This document shows, piece by piece, positions 28,944 to 39,727 of a stretch of 64,000 bases of DNA. The notes beneath the pieces were generated by a model, which did no database searches, was not told the origin of the DNA, and saw nothing but the letters and a program-made list of their open reading frames with translations. Positions within the stretch are counted from its first letter, which is position 1, and the number at the start of each line of letters is the position of its first letter. The translations under genes were made by a program, and so were the position numbers. The stretch covers positions 768,001 through 832,000 of the forward strand of contig CAXRHT010000002.1 in assembly GCA_964230645.1 (NCBI GenBank), read 5' to 3'. This DNA is from Bdellovibrionales bacterium. GTDB lineage: Bacteria; Bdellovibrionota; Bdellovibrionia; Bdellovibrionales; JAGQZY01.

Positions 28944-30408
28944 AAGCTTCCTTCCTTATGACTTCTCTTCGTTTAATTTCCTCGAGATTAATATTTTCTG
29001 CTAAAAGTTCGTCTCTTACGATCTCATAAAGAAGCGGATCAACAGCCTGTAAACTCTCCCCTCGATGTTCATCAATAATGTGGGTAAAGTGCCAGAAAAT
29101 TTTAAGCTGACGGATGTGATCTTTTGAAACGGGCTCCTCTAGCATCGTGATCAGTTGAGCGAAACGCTCATCAAGTTCCGGAAATTTCGCAATAAAACGA
29201 GAGGAGTTTCTATATTCCTCAATTCGCCCAATGGCGATTTCTCGTCCCCGCCTTGGTAATATCCCTATGGAGAGATGCTTTGGAAATTGCAGAATATTAA
29301 GGTTGAACGGATGATGAAAAAAGTGAGGCGGTTTTTCGTCAAGCGTCTCAAGCCAGTTTAATAGGTCCGTAAAATGGAGAATGTTATTGAGCTGAATGGT
29401 ACTATTAACAAGAATTTTCGTCGACTCTGGACTCATTCTTTCTTTTACCTTCAAAAAATTTTCTTCAACGACTGACCAATCCGATGGATGGCGAATGTAC
29501 TCTTGTATGGCTCCCACTCCATCAATGCTGGCTATAAATTCAAACATTTTGAAGCGAGTCGATACATCCAGAAGGTTCTGATTCACCTTCATAAAATTAC
29601 TAGCAAGATAGACCGTGATATCTTTTGACCGACCTCGTTTGACAGTGTCTTTCAAAAACTTCTGCACCCCGGGCAACAAGCTTGGCTCCCCGCCCGCGAA
29701 ACTCAATTTCTCGATCGAAGGTAGAAACTGGACAACATTTTCCCACAGCACTTCATTTCTCATCCAATCGACATTAGACAACTGCTTGGCTTCCTCGTCC
29801 ATATGGTCATACATAAGATAAGAGGAGTTATCTTTGATTTCAGCGCTTTGGTATTTCTCTGAAAGCTCTTCAAGTTCCTTTTCAATCTGATTGCTGTCAT
29901 ACTTGTGACACATGCGGCATTTCAGATTGCATACATTACCCGGCTTTAACTCTAAATAGCGAGGGCTCGAGGAAACCTCTGAATCATTCTTTTCAGCCGT
30001 TACAATATCTTTTTTAACATCCAAACGATCCTCAGAAAGCCATTCATCAAAGCTACGGGTGCGCATACTGCCACCATGGGCCTTCTCTTCGTTGTAACAT
30101 TGCACACAGGCTGGGATTTTTTCACCAGCTAGCATCTTCTTCCTAATTTCTTTAAAACCCTGGCCATTCCATATTTTCTTTAAAGAATCTTCCCCCATGT
30201 TAAAGATTTCACCATCCTCTTTTTTGATGGGGTCATAGAAAAAACAACAAGGACGAATGGTTCCCCGGGGTGTTGAAGAAATATGAACAAATGGATTGGC
30301 ACAAAAGCTGGGATTTTTTTTCAACTCTTCGATCCGAGCATTAACCTCTTCTTCTGGGACATCTGGAGTTACCAGAGATTTGATACGTTCTGTGATTTGA
30401 CTGAACAT
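28921..30408 (-). CDS. Radical SAM enzyme with an N-terminal twitch/SPASM-like Cys cluster
   Basis: FCANPF...RPCC...CVQC then CNLKCRMC, FAGGEPS and SIDG...EYIRHPSDW. Confidence 0.92.
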   Translation of the reverse strand: MFSQITERIKSLVTPDVPEEEVNARIEELKKNPSFCANPFVHISSTPRGTIRPCCFFYDPIKKEDGEIFNMGEDSLKKIWNGQGFKEIRKKMLAGEKIPACVQCYNEEKAHGGSMRTRSFDEWLSEDRLDVKKDIVTAEKNDSEVSSSPRYLELKPGNVCNLKCRMCHKYDSNQIEKELEELSEKYQSAEIKDNSSYLMYDHMDEEAKQLSNVDWMRNEVLWENVVQFLPSIEKLSFAGGEPSLLPGVQKFLKDTVKRGRSKDITVYLASNFMKVNQNLLDVSTRFKMFEFIASIDGVGAIQEYIRHPSDWSVVEENFLKVKERMSPESTKILVNSTIQLNNILHFTDLLNWLETLDEKPPHFFHHPFNLNILQFPKHLSIGILPRRGREIAIGRIEEYRNSSRFIAKFPELDERFAQLITMLEEPVSKDHIRQLKIFWHFTHIIDEHRGESLQAVDPLLYEIVRDELLAENINLEEIKRREVIRKEAFVREKWR

Positions 30409-30579
30409 AGGTTCCTCTACGAATAAAATTTGACACTAGCATTGCCAAAACCAAAGGTCCATCAACTCGCAACCAAAACCTCAATGATGGCTTCTAGGCC
30501 GGTCAAAGTTCAATTGAAGGCATTGGCTTCATCCTATTTGTCTCGGCTCTGAAACATCGCATTAGCCGATGGGATGCTA

Positions 30580-32142
30580 TTATTCGGGAGGGGGTGAAAT
30601 TTCGTCGATTCTGTAAATCCTAAACCGATCATTTTTATACTTCTGTTTCAATTGAAAGCGCATAACTCGCGTTTGCTGGGCCTTTTGATGCTCTTTCACA
30701 AGAGTGTCATAGAGTGTGTTTTCCTCGAGGAGTAAAACATCGCCCCCGTGCTCTTTAAATAGAACTTCGAGATCCTCAGGAGTTCTATAGTCTTCCTTGT
30801 CAATCATACGTTCTCGTTTATTGGAAAGGTCTTGAGTCTGATAGATGGGAAGACCAGACTTAATGGAAAACCAACAATGATTGTAATTGGTGACAGCCAT
30901 GAGGAGCCGATCACTTGGGCGAAGTTCATTCAGCAGCGCCCTTTGTGCTGAGTTGTAAAAAGGATCAAACTTCTCATCAATGGGTTTTAAAATATTTGAA
31001 ATAGAATTAGCAAGCATGATCCCCGCAAAGGTCACTAAAACGAAGCCTAAAAGTCGCCGAGGGACCCAGCGCTGCCAAAAAAACAAGGCGAAGGGAAGAC
31101 CTCCCAGGAAAAAAAGAAAGAAATAGCGAGCCTCAGGAAGAACCTCGTTATTCCCGACCCCAATGATTTTTAACGAAGTCACGATAAACACACTCATCGC
31201 GCAAACCCAGGCCCAACTCTTCTTCTTTTCCCAAAAGAGAAACCCGAGAACCCCTAGTGCGACAAAAATACCGTAGGGATAGCCGCCGAAGCCCGAGAAG
31301 ATCTTTGCCAAGCCTTCCCAATTAAGCCCGCTGAAGTCTCTTAAAATCTTATCAACTTGTTGCGCTTGGTAGTGTTCTTCAAAGGGTTTGAGTAAATTGC
31401 CCTCATAATAAAAATAATTAATGAAAAATAATAGGAGAGAGGAAAAAGCCAATTTACTATAATTTTTCCAGGAAATAGACTTCGCAAAACTCAAAAGAAA
31501 TCCAAACCCTAAAAAGAGGAACAAAATAGCCCAGCCTTCGATACGGACAAGGGCTCCTAATCCCAAAAACACTCCAGACAACCAATAGTTATTTTTAAGA
31601 ATAAAATAAAAAGCCGCAAAGGTAAGAAGGAGGTGAAGGGGTTCTGAGGCACCCATGGTCGAAAACTCAAGAAAAGGCCAGCACAGGGAAAGGACGACAA
31701 CGGAAAGTAGAGAAAGAATTCGATTCAGTCTGAGTCGACAAAAAAAGTAAAACAAGACACTCAGAAGGCTCGCCGCTACAACCGAAGACAATTCGGCGGA
31801 CTGAATGTAATCCGACTCGGTAAGGGGAAGATGCAGACGAATAAACAGGAAATGTAAGGGTGGCCAATTGGAAGGAGGAAAAAAGACCTCGCTTTCCACC
31901 CAGAGCTGGGTCTTACGTGAGCGACAGTAGTTGTCTTTAAGCCATCGATTCAACCCAGAGAGTTCAATCATAATCAGCAAACGATAAACATATGTGGATA
32001 CAAGAATACCCACAGAAATCCAAAAGTCTACCCGACTCTTAGCTTCGCTATTTTCGATATTAGGTTTTGACTCAAAAATGCCCCACTCCCTAGTCTGAGT
32101 ACAACTGCTAACAAGTCGCTCACACCAAAATTGTAAAGGCAC
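30580..32142 (-). CDS. GT-C (ArnT/PMT-like) membrane glycosyltransferase; start uncertain
   Basis: More than 10 TM helices; WPPLHF, SEPL, GALVRIEGW and ARYF motifs; soluble C-terminal domain. Confidence 0.7.
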   Translation of the reverse strand: MPLQFWCERLVSSCTQTREWGIFESKPNIENSEAKSRVDFWISVGILVSTYVYRLLIMIELSGLNRWLKDNYCRSRKTQLWVESEVFFPPSNWPPLHFLFIRLHLPLTESDYIQSAELSSVVAASLLSVLFYFFCRLRLNRILSLLSVVVLSLCWPFLEFSTMGASEPLHLLLTFAAFYFILKNNYWLSGVFLGLGALVRIEGWAILFLFLGFGFLLSFAKSISWKNYSKLAFSSLLLFFINYFYYEGNLLKPFEEHYQAQQVDKILRDFSGLNWEGLAKIFSGFGGYPYGIFVALGVLGFLFWEKKKSWAWVCAMSVFIVTSLKIIGVGNNEVLPEARYFFLFFLGGLPFALFFWQRWVPRRLLGFVLVTFAGIMLANSISNILKPIDEKFDPFYNSAQRALLNELRPSDRLLMAVTNYNHCWFSIKSGLPIYQTQDLSNKRERMIDKEDYRTPEDLEVLFKEHGGDVLLLEENTLYDTLVKEHQKAQQTRVMRFQLKQKYKNDRFRIYRIDEISPPPE

Positions 32143-32179
32143 AGGTCTGCAATAATCAAATACTTAAAGGCCCTATTTT

Positions 32180-33577
32180 CTAGTCACAAAATGGTATCTG
32201 TAAAAAGATGCCTTCATCTAAATAATCTCCTAAGAGCAGGAGATCCTCTTCTGGAAGATATTCAGTGAGGTCAGAGACAAATTTCTGATCCTCTTCAATC
32301 CAAGAAATTTTCAAAGTCTCGTCAACTCTGTCGCTGGCGAGAAGACGCTCTAATGTCTGGGCCTCGGTTTGAGGCAGGAAGTCTTGGCGATCCCTGTAGG
32401 CAAAAGGAATCTCAAAAGAGTATGAGCCCGCTTTCACACAGACGGGAAGCTTTGGAAATTGATTTTCTATATAGGCCTTGAAGACGCGATCGAAAGCAAA
32501 GGAGGTCGTCACCTTGTTTTTAAAAAATAAAACTTCTCTTTTGGATTGGTAATCCTCAGACCATCTCACTTTTTCACTGTTATTGGCCAAGTTGACTTCA
32601 TCTCCAATCTCATCAAAAGAGGCTCGCCAAAGTCTCTGCTGCAAAGACTTTGAATAAAGCTCAGAAAGCCTAGAATAGGAACGTCCTGGAAAGTTGCAAT
32701 GAGAGAAAGTTTGATGGCGATTTAAAGCAGGAATACAACTTAGATGCACGCCACCTCCAAAGTTCTGCCTAATGTTGGGATATTTGTCTCGGAAAAACTG
32801 GGCCCAGGAGTCGTTTGACCTTTCTACTGAAACACCAAAAGAGTGAACACCAACAAGCTTGCCGTTTTGATTATAATATCCACTTCCGGAATTTCCTGAA
32901 ATCAAATTGCGGTCACAATGGCTGATGTCGATTAGTGGAGAGCGGGAACCTAAATTATGCTGAGATAAAAAGAAGTTTGTGTTTGCCAAACATTGAGTTT
33001 TGCGCACTCGTCCTAAAGACGAAGTTTCTGCATCGAGATCAAAATCGACCTTGTACATATCAACTCTCATGGCCGTAGTGATGCCTTGTACTGACTTATC
33101 AGCCGGTTTCCTATCAACAGGCTGACTCAAGCGAAGTAAAGCCCAGTCAGGATAGGCGACCTGATTTGAAAACTCTTGATCCGAAAGCTTCTTGATGTAG
33201 GAACAATCTCTTTTCTCCATGGGTTTGCCATTGGCTTGGGGAAAAATAATGTTAATTCGCCCCACACAGAAAGCCCCTTCGCTTTTTAGATCTTCCGGAA
33301 GACAGTGAGAATTGGTCAGTACTGTATTTCTTGAAACCAAGGTCAAGGAGCAGGCCTTGATTTCTAAACGATCAGCGGAAAGAGAAAGAAGACCTCCCAC
33401 GGACTCAGGGCACTCGCCTGCCTCAAGGTCACAAACAATTTGAGAATTATTAAATGATCTCTCGGCCGTTTTACGATCTTCAAAAACTCTTTCATCGAGA
33501 TTTTTACTCTCCCCTTCAAACCATCCACAGCTTGAGAGCAAAGTCATAATAAGTAAGCCTAAAAATCCCGTTTTCAT
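32180..33577 (-). CDS. Trypsin-like serine protease lipoprotein
   Basis: Lipobox LLSSC; catalytic triad motifs LTNSHC, DWALLRL and GNSGSG. Confidence 0.88.
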   Translation of the reverse strand: MKTGFLGLLIMTLLSSCGWFEGESKNLDERVFEDRKTAERSFNNSQIVCDLEAGECPESVGGLLSLSADRLEIKACSLTLVSRNTVLTNSHCLPEDLKSEGAFCVGRINIIFPQANGKPMEKRDCSYIKKLSDQEFSNQVAYPDWALLRLSQPVDRKPADKSVQGITTAMRVDMYKVDFDLDAETSSLGRVRKTQCLANTNFFLSQHNLGSRSPLIDISHCDRNLISGNSGSGYYNQNGKLVGVHSFGVSVERSNDSWAQFFRDKYPNIRQNFGGGVHLSCIPALNRHQTFSHCNFPGRSYSRLSELYSKSLQQRLWRASFDEIGDEVNLANNSEKVRWSEDYQSKREVLFFKNKVTTSFAFDRVFKAYIENQFPKLPVCVKAGSYSFEIPFAYRDRQDFLPQTEAQTLERLLASDRVDETLKISWIEEDQKFVSDLTEYLPEEDLLLLGDYLDEGIFLQIPFCD

Positions 33578-33649
33578 ATCGCCAAAAAACTAACATAAAT
33601 TGGTGCTGGAATCTGGGCCCTGTGACTTTATTGTAAATAATTTAGGTAC

Positions 33650-34711
33650 TTACTGCCTCAAAAAGGTTTTAGAGGACATCTCATGAGGGCTTTTAAAGAA
33701 GGCCTCAATCACTTTCTTAGCCCCCTCCAAATTCTTTGCTCCACTGACTTTACCATGAAGTGCGTGACCAAAAGGAAGCCAAACAGCACTGGTTTTGACA
33801 TGAAAATTAAATTTTCTATAGGCCAGAGGACCCGGGAAGACTTCGGCCATGAGCTCAATAAGTCTTAAAAGACTGCGACCATATTCCGCGCCCTCTTCTC
33901 GGGGCGTCTGTGGAGCTTTTCCGGAACGTCCCGGAGGAGGAGGAAAACCCAACTTCTCACCCAGTTGCCAAAATAACCAGGGCCGAGCCGTCAGCACCCT
34001 GCCTGCCATCACCATATCGCATTGGGTTTGCTCGAGCATTGACTCCACATCTTGAGCAATCTGGATATCCCCATTTCCGATCACTGGGATAGAAACCAAG
34101 TCCACAAGGTCTCGTATTTGATTCCAGTCGGCAAAGCCTTTTCGCTTTTGAGAAGCCGTTCTAGGGTGAAGGCAAAGCCAAGAGGCCCCGGCCTGCTCCA
34201 GAGCTTTCACAAAATTTTTCCAGTGATCTCGGTTTTCGAGATCAACACCTCTTAATTTTACAGAAACAGGTCCTGGAGTTTCCGCCACAGTCATACGAAC
34301 CACTTGAGCAGCGTAGTCCACATCCCCCATAAGGGAAACACCATAATTGTGTTTTAAAGCCTTTCGTACCGGACACCCCATATTGATATCAATTCCCTGG
34401 GCCCCATGGTCAAAAAGCTTAGCCACTGATTTCTTAATTTTATCTTCTTCGTTGGCTAGAATCTGTGGAATCCAAAAGCTCTCGTCTCCCATCCTCATCG
34501 CCTCTGGAATTTTGTGGAGTTTTTCATCGGGGATTCTGCGTGAGTTTAACATTTCACTGGGCCAAAGGGTTTTGGCTCCCTCTGGCATATACTCCCTAAT
34601 TAATTGGCGAAAAGCACAATGACTCAACCCTACCATGGGGGCCAAAGTGAGAGGGAAATTGACCTCACCAGGAAGTCCACGCTTTAAAAAACCAGGTGTT
34701 TTTATTTGCAT
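33650..34711 (-). CDS. tRNA-dihydrouridine synthase family protein (second Dus)
   Basis: LAPMVGLS, DINMGCPV, LHPRT, IGNGDI and PWLF. Confidence 0.9.
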   Translation of the reverse strand: MQIKTPGFLKRGLPGEVNFPLTLAPMVGLSHCAFRQLIREYMPEGAKTLWPSEMLNSRRIPDEKLHKIPEAMRMGDESFWIPQILANEEDKIKKSVAKLFDHGAQGIDINMGCPVRKALKHNYGVSLMGDVDYAAQVVRMTVAETPGPVSVKLRGVDLENRDHWKNFVKALEQAGASWLCLHPRTASQKRKGFADWNQIRDLVDLVSIPVIGNGDIQIAQDVESMLEQTQCDMVMAGRVLTARPWLFWQLGEKLGFPPPPGRSGKAPQTPREEGAEYGRSLLRLIELMAEVFPGPLAYRKFNFHVKTSAVWLPFGHALHGKVSGAKNLEGAKKVIEAFFKSPHEMSSKTFLRQ

Positions 34712-34777
34712 AGCCTCTGGCTTGACCCAAGGCGAAAACAATGTCAATTTTCTTTTTTTGTCACCTGAGAGGAAATC

Positions 34778-35887
34778 TTGAAAAAATTAAAGCCTGGTAT
34801 CAAGTTAGGATATTTAGGAGGTGGTCAACTTGCGCGCATGCTTGCCGAAAGTGCCTCCCATTATGGACTCGAGCCCCATGTCCTATCCGAAAAAGCCAAT
34901 GATCCCGCCGCACAAGTCACGAGATTTTGGCAGAAAGGCTCTCCAAAAAACAAAGCACAATTGCGAAGTTTTTTAAAAAAAGTGGATATCGCCACTTTTG
35001 AAAGTGAATTTCTAGAGCCGCAACTTCTGCAGGAGCTTAAAAAAGAAACAAAAACAAAAATTTATCCTTCTCCAAGAATCATGGGGCAACTAAGAGACCG
35101 GAAAAGTCAAAAAAGACTCTTTGACCTTTACCATCTCCCCACCTCACCCTGGAATGTGGTTAACACAGAAAAAGAGGTCCTTACCTTTGTGGATCAATTC
35201 CAACTTCCTTTGGTTTTTAAAAAGAGAGTTTATGGGTACGACGGCTATGGCACTTACGTCGTAAAAACCCCATTCCAGCTCGCCCAGTTTTTAAAAAATG
35301 ATTTTAAAAAAGACACTTTTATCGTCGAAGACTTTATCCCCTTTGAAAAAGAATGCGCCATTATAATGGCTCGCAGTAGTGATAAGAGCATCACTCACCT
35401 TCCCATGGTCGAAAGTTTCCAAAAAGACTCTCGCTGTGACTGGGTCAAGGGCCCTGTAAAGGTAAAAAGATCACAAGCCTTGATCAATCAACTTAAAAAG
35501 TTTCTCGAAGGGATAAAGTATGTGGGTGTTATGGGAGTGGAGCTTTTCGTTACGCGCCATGGACTTATTATTAACGAAATAGCACCTCGAGTTCACAATA
35601 CAGGCCATTACTCCTTGAGCACTCCCGGTATGAGCCAGTTTGATCTTCATAATATGTGCCTCCTGGGACAGAAATTACCGAAACACGAAATCAAATCGGG
35701 CTTTGCAATGGCCAATCTTATTGGCGGAGGGCGCAACGTTCAATTTCAACCCATCGATGAACTTTACTGGTATGGTAAAGAAGACAATCGAAAAGGACGA
35801 AAAATGGGTCATATTAATGCCCTTGGGCCCAACCCAACAACCGCTCTTAAAAAGGCCCTTCGTCGCAGAAAGGATATAAAGCTATGA
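34778..35887 (+). CDS. purK: N5-CAIR synthetase
   Basis: [32 protein letters not shown] and [11 protein letters not shown]. Confidence 0.96.
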   Translation: MKKLKPGIKLGYLGGGQLARMLAESASHYGLEPHVLSEKANDPAAQVTRFWQKGSPKNKAQLRSFLKKVDIATFESEFLEPQLLQELKKETKTKIYPSPRIMGQLRDRKSQKRLFDLYHLPTSPWNVVNTEKEVLTFVDQFQLPLVFKKRVYGYDGYGTYVVKTPFQLAQFLKNDFKKDTFIVEDFIPFEKECAIIMARSSDKSITHLPMVESFQKDSRCDWVKGPVKVKRSQALINQLKKFLEGIKYVGVMGVELFVTRHGLIINEIAPRVHNTGHYSLSTPGMSQFDLHNMCLLGQKLPKHEIKSGFAMANLIGGGRNVQFQPIDELYWYGKEDNRKGRKMGHINALGPNPTTALKKALRRRKDIKL

Positions 35888-36381
35888 AAGCCAAGGTCGC
35901 CATCATTATGGGGAGTGAGTCGGATTGGAAAATTATGGAGGCCGCAGCCGAAGCGCTTAAAGAGTTTGCCATTCCCTATGAAGTTGAGGTGGTCTCAGCC
36001 CATCGCACGCCTGACAAAATGAAAAGCTTTGCCAAAAAGGCCGAAAAAAATGGCATTAAGGCGATCATCGCAGGCGCAGGAGGTGCGGCCCATCTTCCCG
36101 GTATGATGGCCTCTCTCACCACTCTCCCTGTGATCGGCGTGCCTGTTAAGTTGAAGACTTTAGGAGGATTAGACTCCCTACTTTCTATTGCTCAAATGCC
36201 AAAGGGTGTGCCAGTGGCAACAATGGCCATTGATAATGCTTACAATGCCGGCCTATTTGCGGCTCGTATCGTTGGGGTCAATTCCAAAAGGACCCAGTCG
36301 AAGCTTGATACTTACCGTAAGAATCTTAAAGTGAAAGTTCAAAAAATGAACTCTAACTTAAAACAGCTTCTCTCTGAGTGA
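35884..36381 (+). CDS. purE: N5-CAIR mutase
   Basis: [25 protein letters not shown] and [10 protein letters not shown]. Confidence 0.98.
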   Translation: MKAKVAIIMGSESDWKIMEAAAEALKEFAIPYEVEVVSAHRTPDKMKSFAKKAEKNGIKAIIAGAGGAAHLPGMMASLTTLPVIGVPVKLKTLGGLDSLLSIAQMPKGVPVATMAIDNAYNAGLFAARIVGVNSKRTQSKLDTYRKNLKVKVQKMNSNLKQLLSE

Positions 36382-36464
36382 CTCAGCCCGACAATCTGGT
36401 GATTCAATACTGGAGAATTTTTGACCATTGGGTATAAATGTCCTTTCAAAAAGGAGTCCCAGTT

Positions 36465-39461
36465 ATGTCACTGCGTAAAATCTTTGCAATTTCTCTTATT
36501 CCCCTACTCGCGATAAATTGCACTAAAAAAAGTTCTGAAAAAACGTCCGAGAAGTCCTCGCAAGTGAACACTCAAGTTGAGGGCTACCAATTTCTTAGTA
36601 AAGAAGATGTATCATCTATTGATAGTACTGTTATTCAAATGGAGCATAAAAAATCAGGTGCCCAGATCGTGCTTCTTAAAAACGATGACCCGGCTCGCTC
36701 CTTTATGGTGGGTTTTCGCACACCTCCTTATGACGACACCGGACTCTTTCATATTTTTGAACATGCCGTTCTTGAAGGCTCCAGACTCTACCCCTCTAAG
36801 TCCAATTTTTTTCACCTAGCAAACTCCTCGGTGGCGAGCTTTATTAACGCCATGACGGGATCCGTTTATACTTTGTATCCGTTCGTGACCCGTTCTTCTA
36901 AAGACTTCGATAACCTTCTATCGGTTTACATGGATGCCGTGTTTTTTCCAAATGTTCTGAAAGACCCTCGTATTATTAAGCGTGAAGGATGGCGCTATGA
37001 GATGACTTCCGATGGAAAGCTCGCCATCAATGGAATTGTTCTTAGTGAAATGAAGGGGGCCTTTTCAAGCCCCTACCGCTCCATTTGGTTTAATGTCACC
37101 CGAGCCATGGTGCCTGACACTCCTTTTAACTACTCCAGCGGAGGACTTCCATCTAAGGTGGCGACTTTGACTTTTGAACAGATCAAGGAAGCTCACAAAA
37201 AATATTATCACCCACAAAATTCCGTCATCTATCTTTATGGGGACGTAGACCACCAGAAAGCTTTAAAAACTATTGATGAAGACTTTCTCTCTAAATTTGA
37301 AAAAACCGAGGACTATAAAAGACCCGCCATTGATACTCAAAAAGAGTTCAATAAACAAAACGAAATGTTTCAAGCCTCTTACCCGGGTAAAGAAGCTCCA
37401 AATCGAAGTTTTCTCGCCAAAGGTTACATCCTTGGTGAAGACCTCACGCCCACAGAAGAGACCGCCGTATCCATTCTCGCTCAAGCTTTCATTGAAAACG
37501 ATGCCTCTCCTCTTAAGTTAAGAGTTCTAAAAGAGAATCTTGCTAAAACCACCTTCAATATCAGTGTGGGTGGCGAAGAAAATGGTCTTGCCTTTGTATT
37601 TGAAGGAACAGACAAAGAATCTCTCAAAAAAATTGAGAACGTTCTTAATGAGGAGATTTCTAAAATCGTTGAAAACGGTATGGACCAAGAACTTCTCACT
37701 TCCATCCTTAATTCCTATGAGTTCACGTTTAAAGAAAAAAACAGCAACGGCTCTCACAAAGGCCTTCAACTGGGATATATTGTTCTTAATAACTGGATTT
37801 ACCAGGATCGCCCCCTTCCAGAGGCTCTTGATTTCGTGACCGAATTTAAAAAAGTAAGAGAAATCCTAAAAGATCAAACTTTTATTAAAAACTTTTTTCA
37901 GAAAAGACTGGCTAAAAACGATAAAACTAGATGGGTGGTTCTGACTCCCGATAAAGATTTTTCTACAAAGTTTAACGCTGGACTTGATAAACAAATTGAA
38001 GAGGCTCTTAAAGAGAAAGATCTCGCTGAATATAAAAAGGAAGACGACACTTTTAAAGAGTGGGTGGCTTCTAAGGAGAGTGACGAAATTCTATCGAAAA
38101 CACCGACTCTTGAATTAGCCGATATTAAAGCCGACGAAGACCCGATACCCTTTGAAAAGGAGACCGAGGATCACACCACCTATTTAAAGTACCCTCAGGA
38201 GACCAGTGGCATTTCTTATATCGATTTATATTTTGATCTCAGTGGTGTGGAGCGTGAGAATTTAAAAAATCTCAAATTTTTTACCAATTTCATTCAAAAA
38301 ACCAATACAAAAAATTATAAGTTCACTGAGCTTTCAAAAGAACTTGATACTTATTTGGGAGGACTTTCTTTTAGTTTTAGTACTTATCAATCCATGAAGG
38401 ATTTAAAGGTCTACAAGCCAACACTGACTGTAAGTCTTCGCTTTATTGATGAAAACAAAGATAAAGCCATGGCTCTGGTAAAAGAACTCCTCACCAATCA
38501 AACTTTCAGTCCAGTATCGCGAGTGAACAATCTTGTCGAAGAAATGAAAACGAATATGGTTAGTGGGATTTCTCGAAGAGCTCCGGGCCTTTCAATGCGT
38601 GCGGCTAGTAAGAACTTCTTTCCTTCTCAAGGTGCTTTTGGGGAAGAGACCAGTGGTGGCGTTTTTGAAAATTACATTCTCAATCAAGACATCAATACCG
38701 AGTCTTTGGTGAAAACCCTTAATGACGTTGCAGGGCAGGTCTTTAATCAAAAAAGACTTTTCCTGGCCTCCATTACATCAACGGATGCAAAATTAGGTTC
38801 ACTCTCTTCCGAAGTAGCCACTCTTAAAAAAGCTCTTCCCGAAGAAGCAACAGAGGATCAGACCTGGTCATTTAACGATCAACCAGATTACGATGGCTAC
38901 GCCATCCCCGGTGAAGTTCAGTATGTCTCGCAAGTAACCTCTTTTAAGGAAAAAGGAATGGAATACAATGGTTCCATGCTGGTCTACTCTCGCTATTTGA
39001 ATAATAACTATATGACTCCAAAACTTAGAGAACAGGCCGGAGCCTACGGAGGAGGAGCTTCTTTTTCCCAAAACGGACTCTTTCGCATGTCGACCTATAG
39101 AGATCCTAATTTAAGTAAAAGCTTCGATATTTTCTCCAAGGCCGTAAACTTTATGGAAAATGAAGAACTCACTGATGAGAAGTTGAAGCCTGCTATTTTA
39201 GGAAGTCTTAAGCCTTATTACCGAGACAAGTCCATATACGGAAAAACCAACACCATGACTTGGCTTTATTTAACGGATCAGACTTGGGCCGACTATATGC
39301 AAACAAAAAAGGAGATCCTCTCAACAAAGCCAAAGCACATTAAGAAAATCAACGATGTCCTAAAAAAGGCCCTCAACGATTCCTCAAAAGCCGTGGCAGG
39401 AAACGCAAAAAAGCTAAAGTCAGAGGCCGGCTTTCTAAAAAAAGTCCTCACCATCCAATAA
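36465..39461 (+). CDS. M16C (presequence-protease-like) Zn metallopeptidase, predicted lipoprotein
   Basis: Inverted zincin HIFEH, INAMT, YMDAVFFP, EMKG, YYHPQNS, REQAGAYG and TYRDP; lipobox LAINC; RBS AAGGAG before 36465. Confidence 0.92.
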   Translation: MSLRKIFAISLIPLLAINCTKKSSEKTSEKSSQVNTQVEGYQFLSKEDVSSIDSTVIQMEHKKSGAQIVLLKNDDPARSFMVGFRTPPYDDTGLFHIFEHAVLEGSRLYPSKSNFFHLANSSVASFINAMTGSVYTLYPFVTRSSKDFDNLLSVYMDAVFFPNVLKDPRIIKREGWRYEMTSDGKLAINGIVLSEMKGAFSSPYRSIWFNVTRAMVPDTPFNYSSGGLPSKVATLTFEQIKEAHKKYYHPQNSVIYLYGDVDHQKALKTIDEDFLSKFEKTEDYKRPAIDTQKEFNKQNEMFQASYPGKEAPNRSFLAKGYILGEDLTPTEETAVSILAQAFIENDASPLKLRVLKENLAKTTFNISVGGEENGLAFVFEGTDKESLKKIENVLNEEISKIVENGMDQELLTSILNSYEFTFKEKNSNGSHKGLQLGYIVLNNWIYQDRPLPEALDFVTEFKKVREILKDQTFIKNFFQKRLAKNDKTRWVVLTPDKDFSTKFNAGLDKQIEEALKEKDLAEYKKEDDTFKEWVASKESDEILSKTPTLELADIKADEDPIPFEKETEDHTTYLKYPQETSGISYIDLYFDLSGVERENLKNLKFFTNFIQKTNTKNYKFTELSKELDTYLGGLSFSFSTYQSMKDLKVYKPTLTVSLRFIDENKDKAMALVKELLTNQTFSPVSRVNNLVEEMKTNMVSGISRRAPGLSMRAASKNFFPSQGAFGEETSGGVFENYILNQDINTESLVKTLNDVAGQVFNQKRLFLASITSTDAKLGSLSSEVATLKKALPEEATEDQTWSFNDQPDYDGYAIPGEVQYVSQVTSFKEKGMEYNGSMLVYSRYLNNNYMTPKLREQAGAYGGGASFSQNGLFRMSTYRDPNLSKSFDIFSKAVNFMENEELTDEKLKPAILGSLKPYYRDKSIYGKTNTMTWLYLTDQTWADYMQTKKEILSTKPKHIKKINDVLKKALNDSSKAVAGNAKKLKSEAGFLKKVLTIQ

Positions 39462-39464
39462 CCA

Positions 39465-39483
39465 AAAGGTGCCTGGCACCTTT
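39465..39483. repeat. Short perfect palindrome (REP-like or terminator) between convergent genes
   Basis: AAAGGTGCC-T-GGCACCTTT. Confidence 0.7.
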
Positions 39484-39727
39484 AGTAAAGGGGTTTGCGG
39501 CATTTTATGTTTAGGGTGAAGCGGGTTTCTCCGCTTTGCTCTTTGGTCGGTCGCACTCGGTTTGTCACGAGATATCCATCAGGGCATATATCCCGCGCTC
39601 TTTCATGGCAGTTGCCGACATAGGTGAGGCACTGTACTTGGTGTTTACCGCCATCAAGCTCCCTGTCGGTTGTTGACGAGCAGGCTCCCAACATTAAAAA
39701 CGAAATTATTAGAGAGAACTTTAGCAC
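39482..39727 (-). CDS. Small Cys-rich lipoprotein
   Basis: Lipobox LGAC; C...C..RA..ICPDGY...IKC pattern. Confidence 0.75.
   Translation of the reverse strand: MLKFSLIISFLMLGACSSTTDRELDGGKHQVQCLTYVGNCHERARDICPDGYLVTNRVRPTKEQSGETRFTLNIKCRKPLY

Noticed and set aside
22785..34711. Two Dus genes as a recent duplication
   Set aside because: The sequences are highly divergent, and multiple Dus paralogues are normal in bacteria
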